DNA of 64,000 nt from assembly GCA_934793215.1 (NCBI GenBank), contig CAKVOP010000001.1:239447-303446 (forward strand), written 5' to 3'. The translations under genes were made by a program, and so were the position numbers. The notes under the pieces were generated by a model. It ran no database searches, was not told where the DNA came from, and was given only the letters and a program-made list of their open reading frames with translations. This stretch comes from an uncultured Clostridia bacterium. Lineage in GTDB: Bacteria > Bacillota > Clostridia > Christensenellales > UBA1242. Shown here one piece after another: positions 19,397 to 28,717 of the stretch. Numbering within the stretch: the first letter of the stretch is position 1; each line of letters starts with the position of its first letter.

Positions 19397-20307
19397 AAGA
19401 AAAAGCAATAGAAATTCACGACCTCACAAAAGATTATGGTTCTGGAAGGGGAGTATTTGACATTAACTTTGATATTTATAAGGGAGAAATGCTTGGTTTC
19501 GTGGGCTCAAATGGTGCAGGTAAAACGACGACGATAAGAAACATAATGGGCTTTTTAAAGCCAGACAAGGGCAACGTTACTGTATATGGCATGGATTCAT
19601 GGCAAGATGCTGAAAAGACAAAAAAGTATATAGGATATGTGCCCGGTGAAATAGCCTTTCCAGATTTAAAAACAGGGACAGAATTCATAAAATCGCAAGC
19701 CGAATTTTTGGGGCTAAAGGACATGAGTTATGCCAATTTTTTAATTGAAAAATTGCAACTTGAGCCTTCCGCGAACCTCAAGAGAATGAGTAAAGGTATG
19801 AAACAAAAAACAGCCATAGTAGTTGCATTAATGGCTGATCCAGATATTTTAATTCTTGACGAACCAACGACTGGACTTGACCCCCTTATGAGAGTTTCAT
19901 TTCTTGAAATTCTTGCAGAGGAAAAGAAAAAGGGTAAAACTATTTTGATAAGCAGTCACCTTTATGAGGAATTGGAAAAAAATTGCGACCGTGTTGCACT
20001 TATTAATAATGGTAAAATTGTAGACATTGCTGTCATGAAAGAAATTGAGAATAGAAAAGTGGCAGACTATAAAATCGAGTTTAACAATGAAAAGGATTAT
20101 ATTGAATTCAAAAAACTTGGTTTAAATGTTATTCGCGATCAAGTAAAGTACAATCAGGTTACCATTTCAATTCCAAAAAATGAAATTAATGACTTGTTTG
20201 ATAAACTCACTGCTTTTGATGTGAAGTTTATAGCAGAGGTTAAATATACCCTTGAAAAACATTTTAACCAAAAAATAAAAGAAGAAAAGGAGAAGGAAAA
20301 TGATTAG
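19393..20307 (+). CDS. ABC transporter ATP-binding protein (paralog of the preceding gene)
   Basis: Walker A GSNGAGKTT, MSKGMKQK, Walker B ILILDEPTTGLD. 4-nt overlap with the upstream gene. Confidence 0.9.
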   Translation: MKEKAIEIHDLTKDYGSGRGVFDINFDIYKGEMLGFVGSNGAGKTTTIRNIMGFLKPDKGNVTVYGMDSWQDAEKTKKYIGYVPGEIAFPDLKTGTEFIKSQAEFLGLKDMSYANFLIEKLQLEPSANLKRMSKGMKQKTAIVVALMADPDILILDEPTTGLDPLMRVSFLEILAEEKKKGKTILISSHLYEELEKNCDRVALINNGKIVDIAVMKEIENRKVADYKIEFNNEKDYIEFKKLGLNVIRDQVKYNQVTISIPKNEINDLFDKLTAFDVKFIAEVKYTLEKHFNQKIKEEKEKEND

Positions 20308-21895
20308 TAAACCATTATTCAAACAATCTTGCAAAGCGAATGCAGGCGTTTGGACTTTCGTTACTGCAATCACTTGTTTTATGCTTGCAATCATTATTGG
20401 CGTACTTGGGAATTTAAATGTTAATGAAATTCGCTCATCTATGACAGATATGTTTGTAAGTGATGCTATTGAATCGACAATAGAGTCTCAATCAATGACT
20501 TATTACAACATGGCAGACGGAGCACTTACAAATTATCAAACAAAATATGACGATTTGAAAGACCTTTTACAAGTAAAACTTAATGATACTGTGAAAACTT
20601 CAACTATTGAAGGATACAAAAGTGCAATCAGTAGTGGTATGACAGATGAACAAGCGAGAGAGTATCTCACAAACAGTCAAAGTGAAGAAAATAAACAAGC
20701 CATAAACGCACTTCTTGACTATTATCTATATTATCAAGACGACTATGCAGTAGAAAATATTTTCACGGATGAAAAAATTTCTCCGTATGTATTAAATGGT
20801 GTGGCTGACGCGATTTACAACAAAATACTGATTGAAAATGATGAAGGAACAGCGGAAAACGCAAAAACATTTATTACAAATGCTACTCAAAGTTATGTTC
20901 AATCGGGATCGTCGAATGTTAAAGAGTTTGCTACTGCATATATCCCTAATGTTTTGAAAGGTGTATTTTATGAGCAAAGTTTTGACCATAATGGAGAAAC
21001 AATTTCAATTTCAAAATATTTCACAGCAGAGCAAATACATGACACCTCTTATACCGCGATTGTAACTTTTAGAGCTCAACTTGAAGTTAAAGAGGGGCAG
21101 ATTCGCGAGCAAAACCCATCTTATACAGAAGAAGAAGTTGCTCAAAAACTTGAAGAGTATAAAGGTACAATTATTGTAGAGTATTCAAAGAGCATTGCGG
21201 ACCAACTCCCAGAGAAAGTTGCTGATGCACTTGGTGAAATTGGAGACCTTGATGTTTATGGACTCGTTTTGGGTTCTATATTCTATCGTATCGCTGGACT
21301 TTTGCTTCCAATGATATTTGTCATCATGACAGCAAACAACTTAATTGCAGGGCAAGTTGATTCTGGCTCTATGGCTTATGTTCTTTCTACTCCAACAAAA
21401 AGAAGAACTATTACAATAACTCAAATGTGCTATATGTTATGTTCACTTTTTGCTATGTTCGCCCTTACCACAATCACAAGCGTTTTAGGACTCGCAATTG
21501 TTGGTTCTAGTGAGATAACGATCACTTATGGTCAAATATTACTTCTCAACCTTGGCGCATTTATAACTATGGTTGCGGTTTCAGGTATTTGTTTCCTTGC
21601 CTCCGCTTGGTTTAACAGAAGCAAGATTTCAATGAGTGTGGGTGGCGGACTTACGATGTTCTTCCTTGTTGCAACAATTTTAGGACTTTTCGGTTCTATA
21701 GTAATTCCAAGTGCAATAAGAATTGATGCAATGAAATATTTTAATTATGTTTCAATAATCACGCTCTTTGATGCAACTTCAATTTTGGGTGGAACGCTTA
21801 CCTATTTGTGGAAATTTGCAATTCTTCTTGTTATTGGTATAGTAACTTATACTGTGGGAATTATAAAATTTAATAAAAAAGATTTGCCATTGTAA
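20300..21895 (+). CDS. ABC-2-type transporter permease with a large extracytoplasmic loop
   Basis: 531 aa. N-terminal TM helix, about 280-aa hydrophilic region, then 5 C-terminal TM helices. Overlaps the ATPase gene by 8 nt. Confidence 0.7.
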   Translation: MISKPLFKQSCKANAGVWTFVTAITCFMLAIIIGVLGNLNVNEIRSSMTDMFVSDAIESTIESQSMTYYNMADGALTNYQTKYDDLKDLLQVKLNDTVKTSTIEGYKSAISSGMTDEQAREYLTNSQSEENKQAINALLDYYLYYQDDYAVENIFTDEKISPYVLNGVADAIYNKILIENDEGTAENAKTFITNATQSYVQSGSSNVKEFATAYIPNVLKGVFYEQSFDHNGETISISKYFTAEQIHDTSYTAIVTFRAQLEVKEGQIREQNPSYTEEEVAQKLEEYKGTIIVEYSKSIADQLPEKVADALGEIGDLDVYGLVLGSIFYRIAGLLLPMIFVIMTANNLIAGQVDSGSMAYVLSTPTKRRTITITQMCYMLCSLFAMFALTTITSVLGLAIVGSSEITITYGQILLLNLGAFITMVAVSGICFLASAWFNRSKISMSVGGGLTMFFLVATILGLFGSIVIPSAIRIDAMKYFNYVSIITLFDATSILGGTLTYLWKFAILLVIGIVTYTVGIIKFNKKDLPL

Positions 21896-21926
21896 AAAAA
21901 TGTGCTAAAATAAAAAAGGGGGGATT

Positions 21927-22502
21927 ATGGAATTTTTTAAAAAACTTAAATGGGACGGAGTAATTATTTCGTGTCTTACCATCGTTCTTGGAATTCTATG
22001 TGTTGCAATGCCTTCTACATCTGCAACTGCACTTTGCTACATTTTTGGCGGTGCACTTTTGATTATGGGGATAACGCTTTTAGTAAGATACTTTGCCGTA
22101 GAAAGGCTGCTTGGAAGCCCTATGCTTATTATGGCAGTTGTTATGACAATGTGTGGATTATTCTGTATAGTTTATCCTGGCACTGTTCAAGGTATCTTAA
22201 CTGTGCTTTTCGGTGTGTTTATTCTTGTTGATTCTATCAACACTATGACAGACAGCATCATTCTTGCAAGGACAAAAGTTAAAGGCTGGTTTGTAATGTT
22301 TTTGCTTTCACTTTTAACAGCATGCCTTGGCGTAGCAATCATGTTCTCAACATTTGATGCGGTTATGATTTTCGCAGGCGTTTCACTTATTTTTGAAGGG
22401 GTAAAAGATCTCGTTTTGATATTTACTTTTGGGAAAAAAGTTAAAGATGCAAAGAAAAAAATTGAAAGCCAAACAGATGAAGATGTTATAATTGTTGAAT
22501 AA
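21927..22502 (+). CDS. HdeD/DUF308-like small multi-pass membrane protein
   Basis: 191 aa with repeated paired-TM modules and a charged C-terminal tail. The family call is by pattern only. Confidence 0.5.
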   Translation: MEFFKKLKWDGVIISCLTIVLGILCVAMPSTSATALCYIFGGALLIMGITLLVRYFAVERLLGSPMLIMAVVMTMCGLFCIVYPGTVQGILTVLFGVFILVDSINTMTDSIILARTKVKGWFVMFLLSLLTACLGVAIMFSTFDAVMIFAGVSLIFEGVKDLVLIFTFGKKVKDAKKKIESQTDEDVIIVE

Positions 22503-22536
22503 AAATGTTAAAGATTTTATCAAGCGTAAAACATAA

Positions 22537-22566
22537 AAGGTGACCAATTTCGGCCATCTTTTTTAT
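22537..22566 (+). terminator. Probable rho-independent terminator
   Basis: AAGGTGACC...GGCCATCTT imperfect stem followed by TTTTT. Confidence 0.45.
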
Positions 22567-22812
22567 TGAAAATTGTGAGTTGAGTTTGTAGGCAATCGCC
22601 CAGATGGAAATAAGTAAAAACGAAAAAATCTCTCTTGAAAAAGGTGGTAGACTATGATATAATAAAATCATATAATGTTATGTTTACCTTATAATTTAGA
22701 TACAATTATGAAGAGTAGCATCACTTTCTTATTGATCATTAGTGGCTGTGAATTCCTATTTGGATTAAGTGCTGGCAAAATTAGATCATAAATGTGTAAA
22801 TTGGGAGGAACG

Positions 22813-23664
22813 ATGAGAGACTACGAGAAATTAACGGAACAAGACTACATTGATGCAAAAACTGATGAAAAGGCGTTTGAAAAAGTTTATATAGCTCATC
22901 AAAAATTGATTCCTGTTTGTTTAAAAAAGATTTATAAGCTAGATAAAATCATGGAGTATGAATATGAAGATGCCCTTCGAGATGCCCTTGTTAAAGCAAT
23001 AAAAACTTTTGATCCATCAAAAGGATACACTTTCGCAAATTATGCAATTACTTGTATGATAAATCAAACAAAAATTTATAACAGAGACAAAACTAGAAGT
23101 GATGATATTTTTGACAGAAATGGTACTGTGAGCCTTGAAGATTTATTTCAAGCGAGAAAAACTGATGACGACGCACCTCAATGGGAAGAAATGATGGGAG
23201 ATGGCGAGTTTGAAGAGAAACAGTTTGAGCTATTGGAAGAAAAAGCAAATTTATTTAATTATTGTGAACTTTTGGAAAAAACAGAAAAAGAGGTCTTTAA
23301 GTGTTTGCTTGCAGGGGGAAACGGTGTATTTGTCGCAAAATTGAAGGGAGTGACCCCACAACGTGCTTCCCAATTGATAATAAAAGCCAAAATAAAAGCC
23401 AAAGATGTGATTGAAAGGGCAAAACTCGTGCATAGTATGCTTGAAAGAGGGCTGAATGCAACTTCCATATTTAAAAAATTGAGATTTACAAAACCTGAAA
23501 TAGTTGGTTTTTATGAAAAAGTTTATAATTATTTATTTTTAGATGGCGAAAAACCAAAGGTTAATAAAATTTGGTTAACTAATCCTTACAAGTTCTACAA
23601 ATTGAATCAATTAAACAATATCAATGACCAAAATACATCAATTATTGAAAATGAAAGAGAGTGA
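22813..23664 (+). CDS. Sigma-70-family-like factor with an extra C-terminal domain (paralog 1 of 3)
   Basis: ATG 22813 with GGGAGGA RBS. Region-2-like LRDALVKAIKTFDPSKGYTFANYAITCMINQ, region-4-like HTH (EKEVFKCLL...GVTPQRASQLIIKAK), plus about 60 aa extra (FYEKVYNYLFLDG...). Confidence 0.65.
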   Translation: MRDYEKLTEQDYIDAKTDEKAFEKVYIAHQKLIPVCLKKIYKLDKIMEYEYEDALRDALVKAIKTFDPSKGYTFANYAITCMINQTKIYNRDKTRSDDIFDRNGTVSLEDLFQARKTDDDAPQWEEMMGDGEFEEKQFELLEEKANLFNYCELLEKTEKEVFKCLLAGGNGVFVAKLKGVTPQRASQLIIKAKIKAKDVIERAKLVHSMLERGLNATSIFKKLRFTKPEIVGFYEKVYNYLFLDGEKPKVNKIWLTNPYKFYKLNQLNNINDQNTSIIENERE

Positions 23665-24221
23665 TTATTAAGAGTGAAAATGTTGACCTGTTGAATTTAG
23701 AATCGAAAGAAGATGGCGAAGAAAACTCTCATATGTGGGAAGAAAAAATCGTAGATAATGAATTCGAGCAAGAACAACTTGAATTATTAGAGGAAAAGAT
23801 AAATTTAAAAAATTTTGCACAACTTTTTGATGGTCACAACCAAGATGTTATAAATTATTTGCTGGAAGGTAAATCTTTGACAACTATTGCCCGCTAAAAA
23901 CAAATTTCAAGACAAAGGGCATACAAACTTTTAGAAAAAATAAAAAAGAGAGTAAAAAATGTGCCTGACGGAGCTAATACTGTTCATTTACTCCACAAAA
24001 AAGGTTATGATGACGTCCAAATTGCGAACAAGCTATAATTTATTGGTCGAGATGTTGCAAGTTTTTATGAAAAAGTTTATAACTTTATCTATTTAGATGG
24101 GCCACAACCAAAAGGAAAAGAAATATGGTTGCTTGGGCATACAAAAAGCTTACCCAAAAGAGAACGACTTGAAATTGCTATGAAACAAAAATCGTCAACT
24201 ATAGACAAGGAGCGAGAATAA
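23661..24221 (+). pseudogene. 5'-truncated sigma-like paralog 2 with two in-frame TAA codons
   Basis: One frame across 23661-24221 aligns to residues about 110-283 of paralog 1 (WEEKIVDNEFEQEQLELLEEK..., FYEKVYNFIYLDGPQPKGKEIWL, ...KERE*). It is interrupted by TAA at 23895-23897 and 24036-24038 and lacks the region-2 part. Confidence 0.7.
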
Positions 24222-24275
24222 AATATTAGCTTTTCAATCTTTTTGTACGTAAAATATTAATATAAGGAAATAAAA

Positions 24276-25109
24276 ATGAAGACAGAATATACAAAAATAA
24301 CGAAAGAAGATTACATCAAAGCCAAGACAGACGAGAAAACATTTGAGAAAGTCTTTCGTGCAAACATTAGGCTTGTAGGTTATTGTGAGAAAAAATATTG
24401 TGCACTTTTTACTGAAAATTTCAATCAGGGTGAATACGAAAATGCGTTAGAATTTGGACTTTATAAAGCCATTATGATGTTTGACCCTAACAGGAATAAT
24501 TTTTCAACTTATGCAATACCTGTTATGTTGAATGAAGTAAAAATGCTTAATAGGAATAATAATTCAAAAACAATGCAAAACTTTTCCAAATGTTTCTCTC
24601 TTGATGAGGCCGTTGTTATAAATTCTAACGATGGTGACAGCATGCTTTTTGAAGATATTTTGTCCGATGGTACATATGAACAAGCACAAGAATCTTTGCT
24701 GGAAGAGTTCCCTGATATTCAAAGGCTTTATTCAGTTATTCCTGATAGTTTGCAGGAAGTTCTTGAAAGATTGTCTGTGGGTGAGCCTCAATGGAAAATT
24801 GCACTTGATATGGATATGTCGCAGTCATGGATTTCAAGACTCGTGAGAAGAATTGGAAAAAATATTTTGCAGTTTTTAAAAACAATTTCTGCTGTAAAGT
24901 TTTGTGCTGAAAAAGGACTAGACGACGAAAGTATTGCAAAAAAATTAAATCTTGAAAGTGGTAAGAAAATAAAATACTACATAGACGCATATAACTATCT
25001 TTACATGGATGGACCTTATGTTGAAATAACGGAAAGTTGGGCAAAAAAGCCTACCTATGCAGAGAGTGGTCTCGGCATATATGCAGATGAATGCGCGAAA
25101 GAATTGTAA
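24276..25109 (+). CDS. Sigma-70-family-like factor with an extra C-terminal domain (paralog 3 of 3)
   Basis: 277 aa. The N-terminus KITKEDYIKAKTDEKTFEKVF parallels paralog 1. Region-2-like LEFGLYKAIMMFDPNRNNFSTYAIPVMLNE, HTH QEVLERLSVGEPQWKIALDMDMSQSWISRLVRR, C-terminal YYIDAYNYLYMDGPY. Confidence 0.65.
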   Translation: MKTEYTKITKEDYIKAKTDEKTFEKVFRANIRLVGYCEKKYCALFTENFNQGEYENALEFGLYKAIMMFDPNRNNFSTYAIPVMLNEVKMLNRNNNSKTMQNFSKCFSLDEAVVINSNDGDSMLFEDILSDGTYEQAQESLLEEFPDIQRLYSVIPDSLQEVLERLSVGEPQWKIALDMDMSQSWISRLVRRIGKNILQFLKTISAVKFCAEKGLDDESIAKKLNLESGKKIKYYIDAYNYLYMDGPYVEITESWAKKPTYAESGLGIYADECAKEL

Positions 25110-25424
25110 ACGAATTTCATTAAAGCAGTTAAGCACAAAAGGGGGATAACTGTTGTGTGTATTATGCACTTTTTGACAAAGCTATTCATAAAATATTTTG
25201 ACGATAGTTTTTAGCAAAAGGGCAAAGGTGCCAAATATAATTTAACCAAAACGATGGGTAAAAATCAACAATAACCTTTCAAGTTACCAAAAATTCTTAA
25301 ATACGAGCAACAATAAAAAGATTTAATGCAAATTCTATTTTTGATTTTTGTAAATAATATTAAATACAAATCTTTTAGTTTATTTCCGTCAATGAATTTT
25401 AACTATAAATATTCTAGTTTACGT

Positions 25425-25468
25425 TAAAAAAGAAGTCAAATTGTAAGTGCTTGACTTCTTTTTTTTAT
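25425..25468. terminator. Bidirectional terminator hairpin (a near-identical copy lies at 63936-63980)
   Basis: AGAAGTCAA-attgtaagtgc-TTGACTTCT flanked by A6 and T8, between convergent genes. Confidence 0.75.
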
Positions 25469-25520
25469 TTGTTTAGAGTAAGGATAAAAACATGTTACTT
25501 TGCTATGGCTATCCAATCGG

Positions 25521-25787
25521 TTAGGTGGTAACTTGCAAAATAGTTTGTTGGTATATTTTACCCGCAGGGTAGTTTTTGTCCGCTTCTACATAAAGCAAAA
25601 GACATTTCATTTTGTCCAATGTTATTTTTGTGACTTTTTGTGTTTCCGCCGGATTTCCAATATAAATTTGCAAAGGCTTTTGCGATAAAAATGTGGTTGT
25701 ATCATCTGTTATAATAATTTCGATTGATGTTGAGTCCTCAATAGCATTTTTTAATCGTAAAAAAGTTGAAACATTAACTGTTGCCAT
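25521..25787 (-). CDS. Small hypothetical protein (88 aa)
   Basis: ORF 25521-25850. The internal ATG at 25787 has AAGGA 7 nt upstream. No family recognised. Confidence 0.45.
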   Translation of the reverse strand: MATVNVSTFLRLKNAIEDSTSIEIIITDDTTTFLSQKPLQIYIGNPAETQKVTKITLDKMKCLLLYVEADKNYPAGKIYQQTILQVTT

Positions 25788-25953
25788 AAAAAATCCTTGT
25801 GGTATTACACTTTGTGCTGTTCTTAAATGGTTTGTTAAGGTCAAACACATTTCTTCGATATCTTTCGGTCGTCAAAAAGGTTGAAACAAAAAACGACCTA
25901 TTATCTAGGTCGAGTTTTTGTTAAATCCGTGCAATTTCATTATTGCAACAAAT

Positions 25954-26814
25954 TCACTTCTTTTTTGGTGAAATAATCGCCATATCAGTATATTTATTAA
26001 GTCGGTTTGTTGCTTCAATAGTGCTAATAGAAAATAGTGATGCTGAATGAATGTCTTTCGCCTTTACACAGTCAACAATTTTTTTGCGTATTATTTCAAA
26101 ATTGAGGTTTTCAAAAAATGTTGAAAAATCTTCAAAATCGCTGAAAGTCTTCTCTCTTTTTACGTTTGCCGATTTTGAAATTACATTTCGATATTCTTCT
26201 TCTATTCTGTCTTGGGTAGGACAATCAGCGGAGATCCAAAGCCAGTTTTTATTTTGAAGTGTGGCACTAAAAGCGTTTGTCATATTTGTAATTATTTCTT
26301 TATTTAAGTACCAAAAGAGCCCTTCTGTAATCAAAATAATTTGGTCGTAATTTTCAATATTTGCCTTTTTTGTCAAAAACGAATTAAGCTGTTTTGTGTT
26401 TGCTAAATCGACAGAGAATAACCCTTTTTCAAATTTTTGAAAGCCCATTCTTTTGTAAATTTGTTTTTTCATTTTCACCATTGGCTCAAAGTCACTTTCG
26501 AGATAATCTACTTGTGCAAATTCTAACCTACGGGGAGAAAGCCCTACTGCAAATTCAATGACAAGTGTCTTTTTTGTTTTTGAAAGTTTAGAGCGTAAGA
26601 GAGAGCTTACAGCCTTGTATCTTCCTTCAATTTCCACAGCCATATTTGCAACAAATTGTTCAGGTGCGAAAGTAAAACCATAACTTTGGACCACGGAAAG
26701 AGCGTTGTAGAATATTTCTTGTGAGTAATCTATTCCACTATAAATTTTAGGATATGCAGTAAGCAGACCTGTTCTCATGGTGTTTTGCATTTGCACTTTT
26801 TCTTCGTCAGTCAT
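25954..26814 (-). CDS. Class I SAM-dependent methyltransferase-like protein (LCMT/TcmP-like pattern)
   Basis: Pattern TLVIEFAVGLSPRRLEF...DYLESDFEPMVKMKKQIY...LITEGLFWYLNKE resembles the motif I, D.P and EGLL.YL layout of Leu carboxyl/O-methyltransferase-family proteins. Start ambiguous (26814, 26826 or 26847). Confidence 0.5.
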   Translation of the reverse strand: MTDEEKVQMQNTMRTGLLTAYPKIYSGIDYSQEIFYNALSVVQSYGFTFAPEQFVANMAVEIEGRYKAVSSLLRSKLSKTKKTLVIEFAVGLSPRRLEFAQVDYLESDFEPMVKMKKQIYKRMGFQKFEKGLFSVDLANTKQLNSFLTKKANIENYDQIILITEGLFWYLNKEIITNMTNAFSATLQNKNWLWISADCPTQDRIEEEYRNVISKSANVKREKTFSDFEDFSTFFENLNFEIIRKKIVDCVKAKDIHSASLFSISTIEATNRLNKYTDMAIISPKKK

Positions 26815-27041
26815 GAAGCCTCCCATTTTGTTAATTATATGATACAATAAAACCGCTTAAAAGTAAATCAAAATTTATTTAATTATTAAAGGTTTAAATT
26901 TATCTTTTTTTAGCACTGGACAATAATCCCAAATTGGGGATAATACTTAATTTAAATAGTAATAAAAACAAAACAAAATAAAATTAAAGAAAAAGACTGC
27001 AAAAAAATGCGGACCTATTTAGTTTGTTTTATCTTTTTGGG

Positions 27042-27405
27042 TTAGTAAACGATAGTCGTCAATCTTTGGATTGGTTGTTCATCAAGTTTAAATATAGTTA
27101 CTGAAAGGCCACTATTTAAAACCAATTTTGTGATTGTTGCTCCTACTTTTAGTATATCGCCGTCATTTAAACGCAAAATTCTGTTTGTAGAAAATTTTCC
27201 GTTTGTAAATGAGAAAACAAGAGTGGATATGGGGAGTGCCATCTATATACAACGCTAAATTGCTTGAATTGTAAAAGTTGTTTATTGATAAAGATATGTC
27301 TATATTGTATACACCAGTATTTAGAATGGGTATATCCGTCCCGTTTTGTGAAGATATATTTTTAACTATTTGTTCTCTGACTATAACAATGATTACGATA
27401 GCCAA
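27042..27405 (-). pseudogene. Frameshifted remnant of a C1q/TNF-like (BclA C-terminal-like) jelly-roll domain gene
   Basis: Two overlapping minus-strand ORFs (27163-27405 and 27042-27242) join into one sequence: ...TGVYNIDISLSINNFYNSSNLALYIDG|ALPISTLVFSFTNGKFSTNRILRLNDGDILKVGATITKLVLNSGLSVTIFKL. This is the alternating beta-strand pattern of C1q-like domains. No collagen-like repeat lies upstream. Confidence 0.35.
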
Positions 27406-27532
27406 AATTCAAGCTCATGTTTTTTTACTAACGAATTATATACAATACGGAGTGGATGAGATATAAAGCAGATTTGAAAAGAAATTAATACTTGAATAAT
27501 GTGCGGAGGTTTAAAATTAATATTTATAAAAA

Positions 27533-27559
27533 TAAAAACTAGGAAACACCTAGTTTTTA
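27533..27559 (-). terminator. Rho-independent terminator
   Basis: AAAACTAGG-aaaca-CCTAGTTTT. The T-run on the minus strand follows the 273-aa gene. Confidence 0.7.
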
Positions 27560-27577
27560 ATGTAAATTAATTGGTTT

Positions 27578-28399
27578 TTAGTTATAAAATTCAAAGTCTG
27601 CACTGCAATATTTATCAAAAATATCGTAAGATTCCACGATTAATTTCGCGAGTTCTCTTTTATCTGAAAGTTTTTTAGAGTCGATTTTCAATCTCTTGCA
27701 TGTGTCGATTGCGTCATTTTCAAGAATTGCCAAAATTTGTTCTTGTTTCTCGTTTGGTAGAAGTGAAAAATGGACTGGGTTAAATTCAAATATAAAACTA
27801 TCTCCCTTTGAACTTATGCTTTGCATGCCGATACAAAAGCAGTTTGGCAATGAGTAATAACCCATAGTGTCGAGCAAACATGTCTTTGTGATAGGGTCCT
27901 TTGGGACACTAGCAAACCCAGTTTGCCTATTTGCGAATGCTTGATATAAAGGACTATCTTTGTCGTCTAATGCTTCGACGCCACGTCCGTCAAATGTTGC
28001 AAGTTCAACTTTTTGCCCGTTCACAGTAATGTATTTTGGAAGAGCAAAAATGAATGAAGTCAAAATATCGTCATCACCAAGAAACTTATAATCGACAATG
28101 TCATTTTCGATATTTAGCTCTTGTGGAGTGCCTTTGAAAAAGGCGGTGCCATGAATAGTAGGGTAGTGATTGAGTTCTAGCCCGGATACCTTCATTCCTC
28201 TTATTCTCTCTTCTTTTGTTTCTCCCCAATAAGTTCTGTGATCAGTGACCTGATGCATATAAATGACGTAGTCGCCAGAATCAGTAAGTGTTTTAAAAAT
28301 TGTTTGCAAAAATTCAATATATGCGCTTTTACTTTTAAACTCATAACTCTTAAGATTTTTAGTTAGATCTAATTTCATTTCGTTTTCCATTTCAATCAT
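27578..28399 (-). CDS. Hypothetical protein (273 aa), no recognised domain
   Basis: Uninterrupted ORF with its own terminator. No signal peptide or known motif seen. Confidence 0.6.
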   Translation of the reverse strand: MIEMENEMKLDLTKNLKSYEFKSKSAYIEFLQTIFKTLTDSGDYVIYMHQVTDHRTYWGETKEERIRGMKVSGLELNHYPTIHGTAFFKGTPQELNIENDIVDYKFLGDDDILTSFIFALPKYITVNGQKVELATFDGRGVEALDDKDSPLYQAFANRQTGFASVPKDPITKTCLLDTMGYYSLPNCFCIGMQSISSKGDSFIFEFNPVHFSLLPNEKQEQILAILENDAIDTCKRLKIDSKKLSDKRELAKLIVESYDIFDKYCSADFEFYN

Positions 28400-28717
28400 A
28401 TTATAGCTTCATTAAAGCTTTTTGTCAATGGAGAAAAGTTAAAACCCTTTACTGATTAAAGCTAAAATTTTAGTCTTTTTTCTATAAAATTAATAAAAAA
28501 AGACAGCAATCTAGTCGCTGTCTTAAAAAAGAAGTGTCACCTACTCAGAAAAAATCTTCGTCAAAAATCTTCGTCATTATAAAAAATGATGACACTGTTT
28601 CTTGCAATTGCTATTTTTATGGGTTAACATATATTTGTTATTAAAAATAAATTTCAAAAAGGTTGAAGAATAAACACTTGTGTTTTCTTTAGCCTTTTGT
28701 GTTAAAAGGAGAAAACT

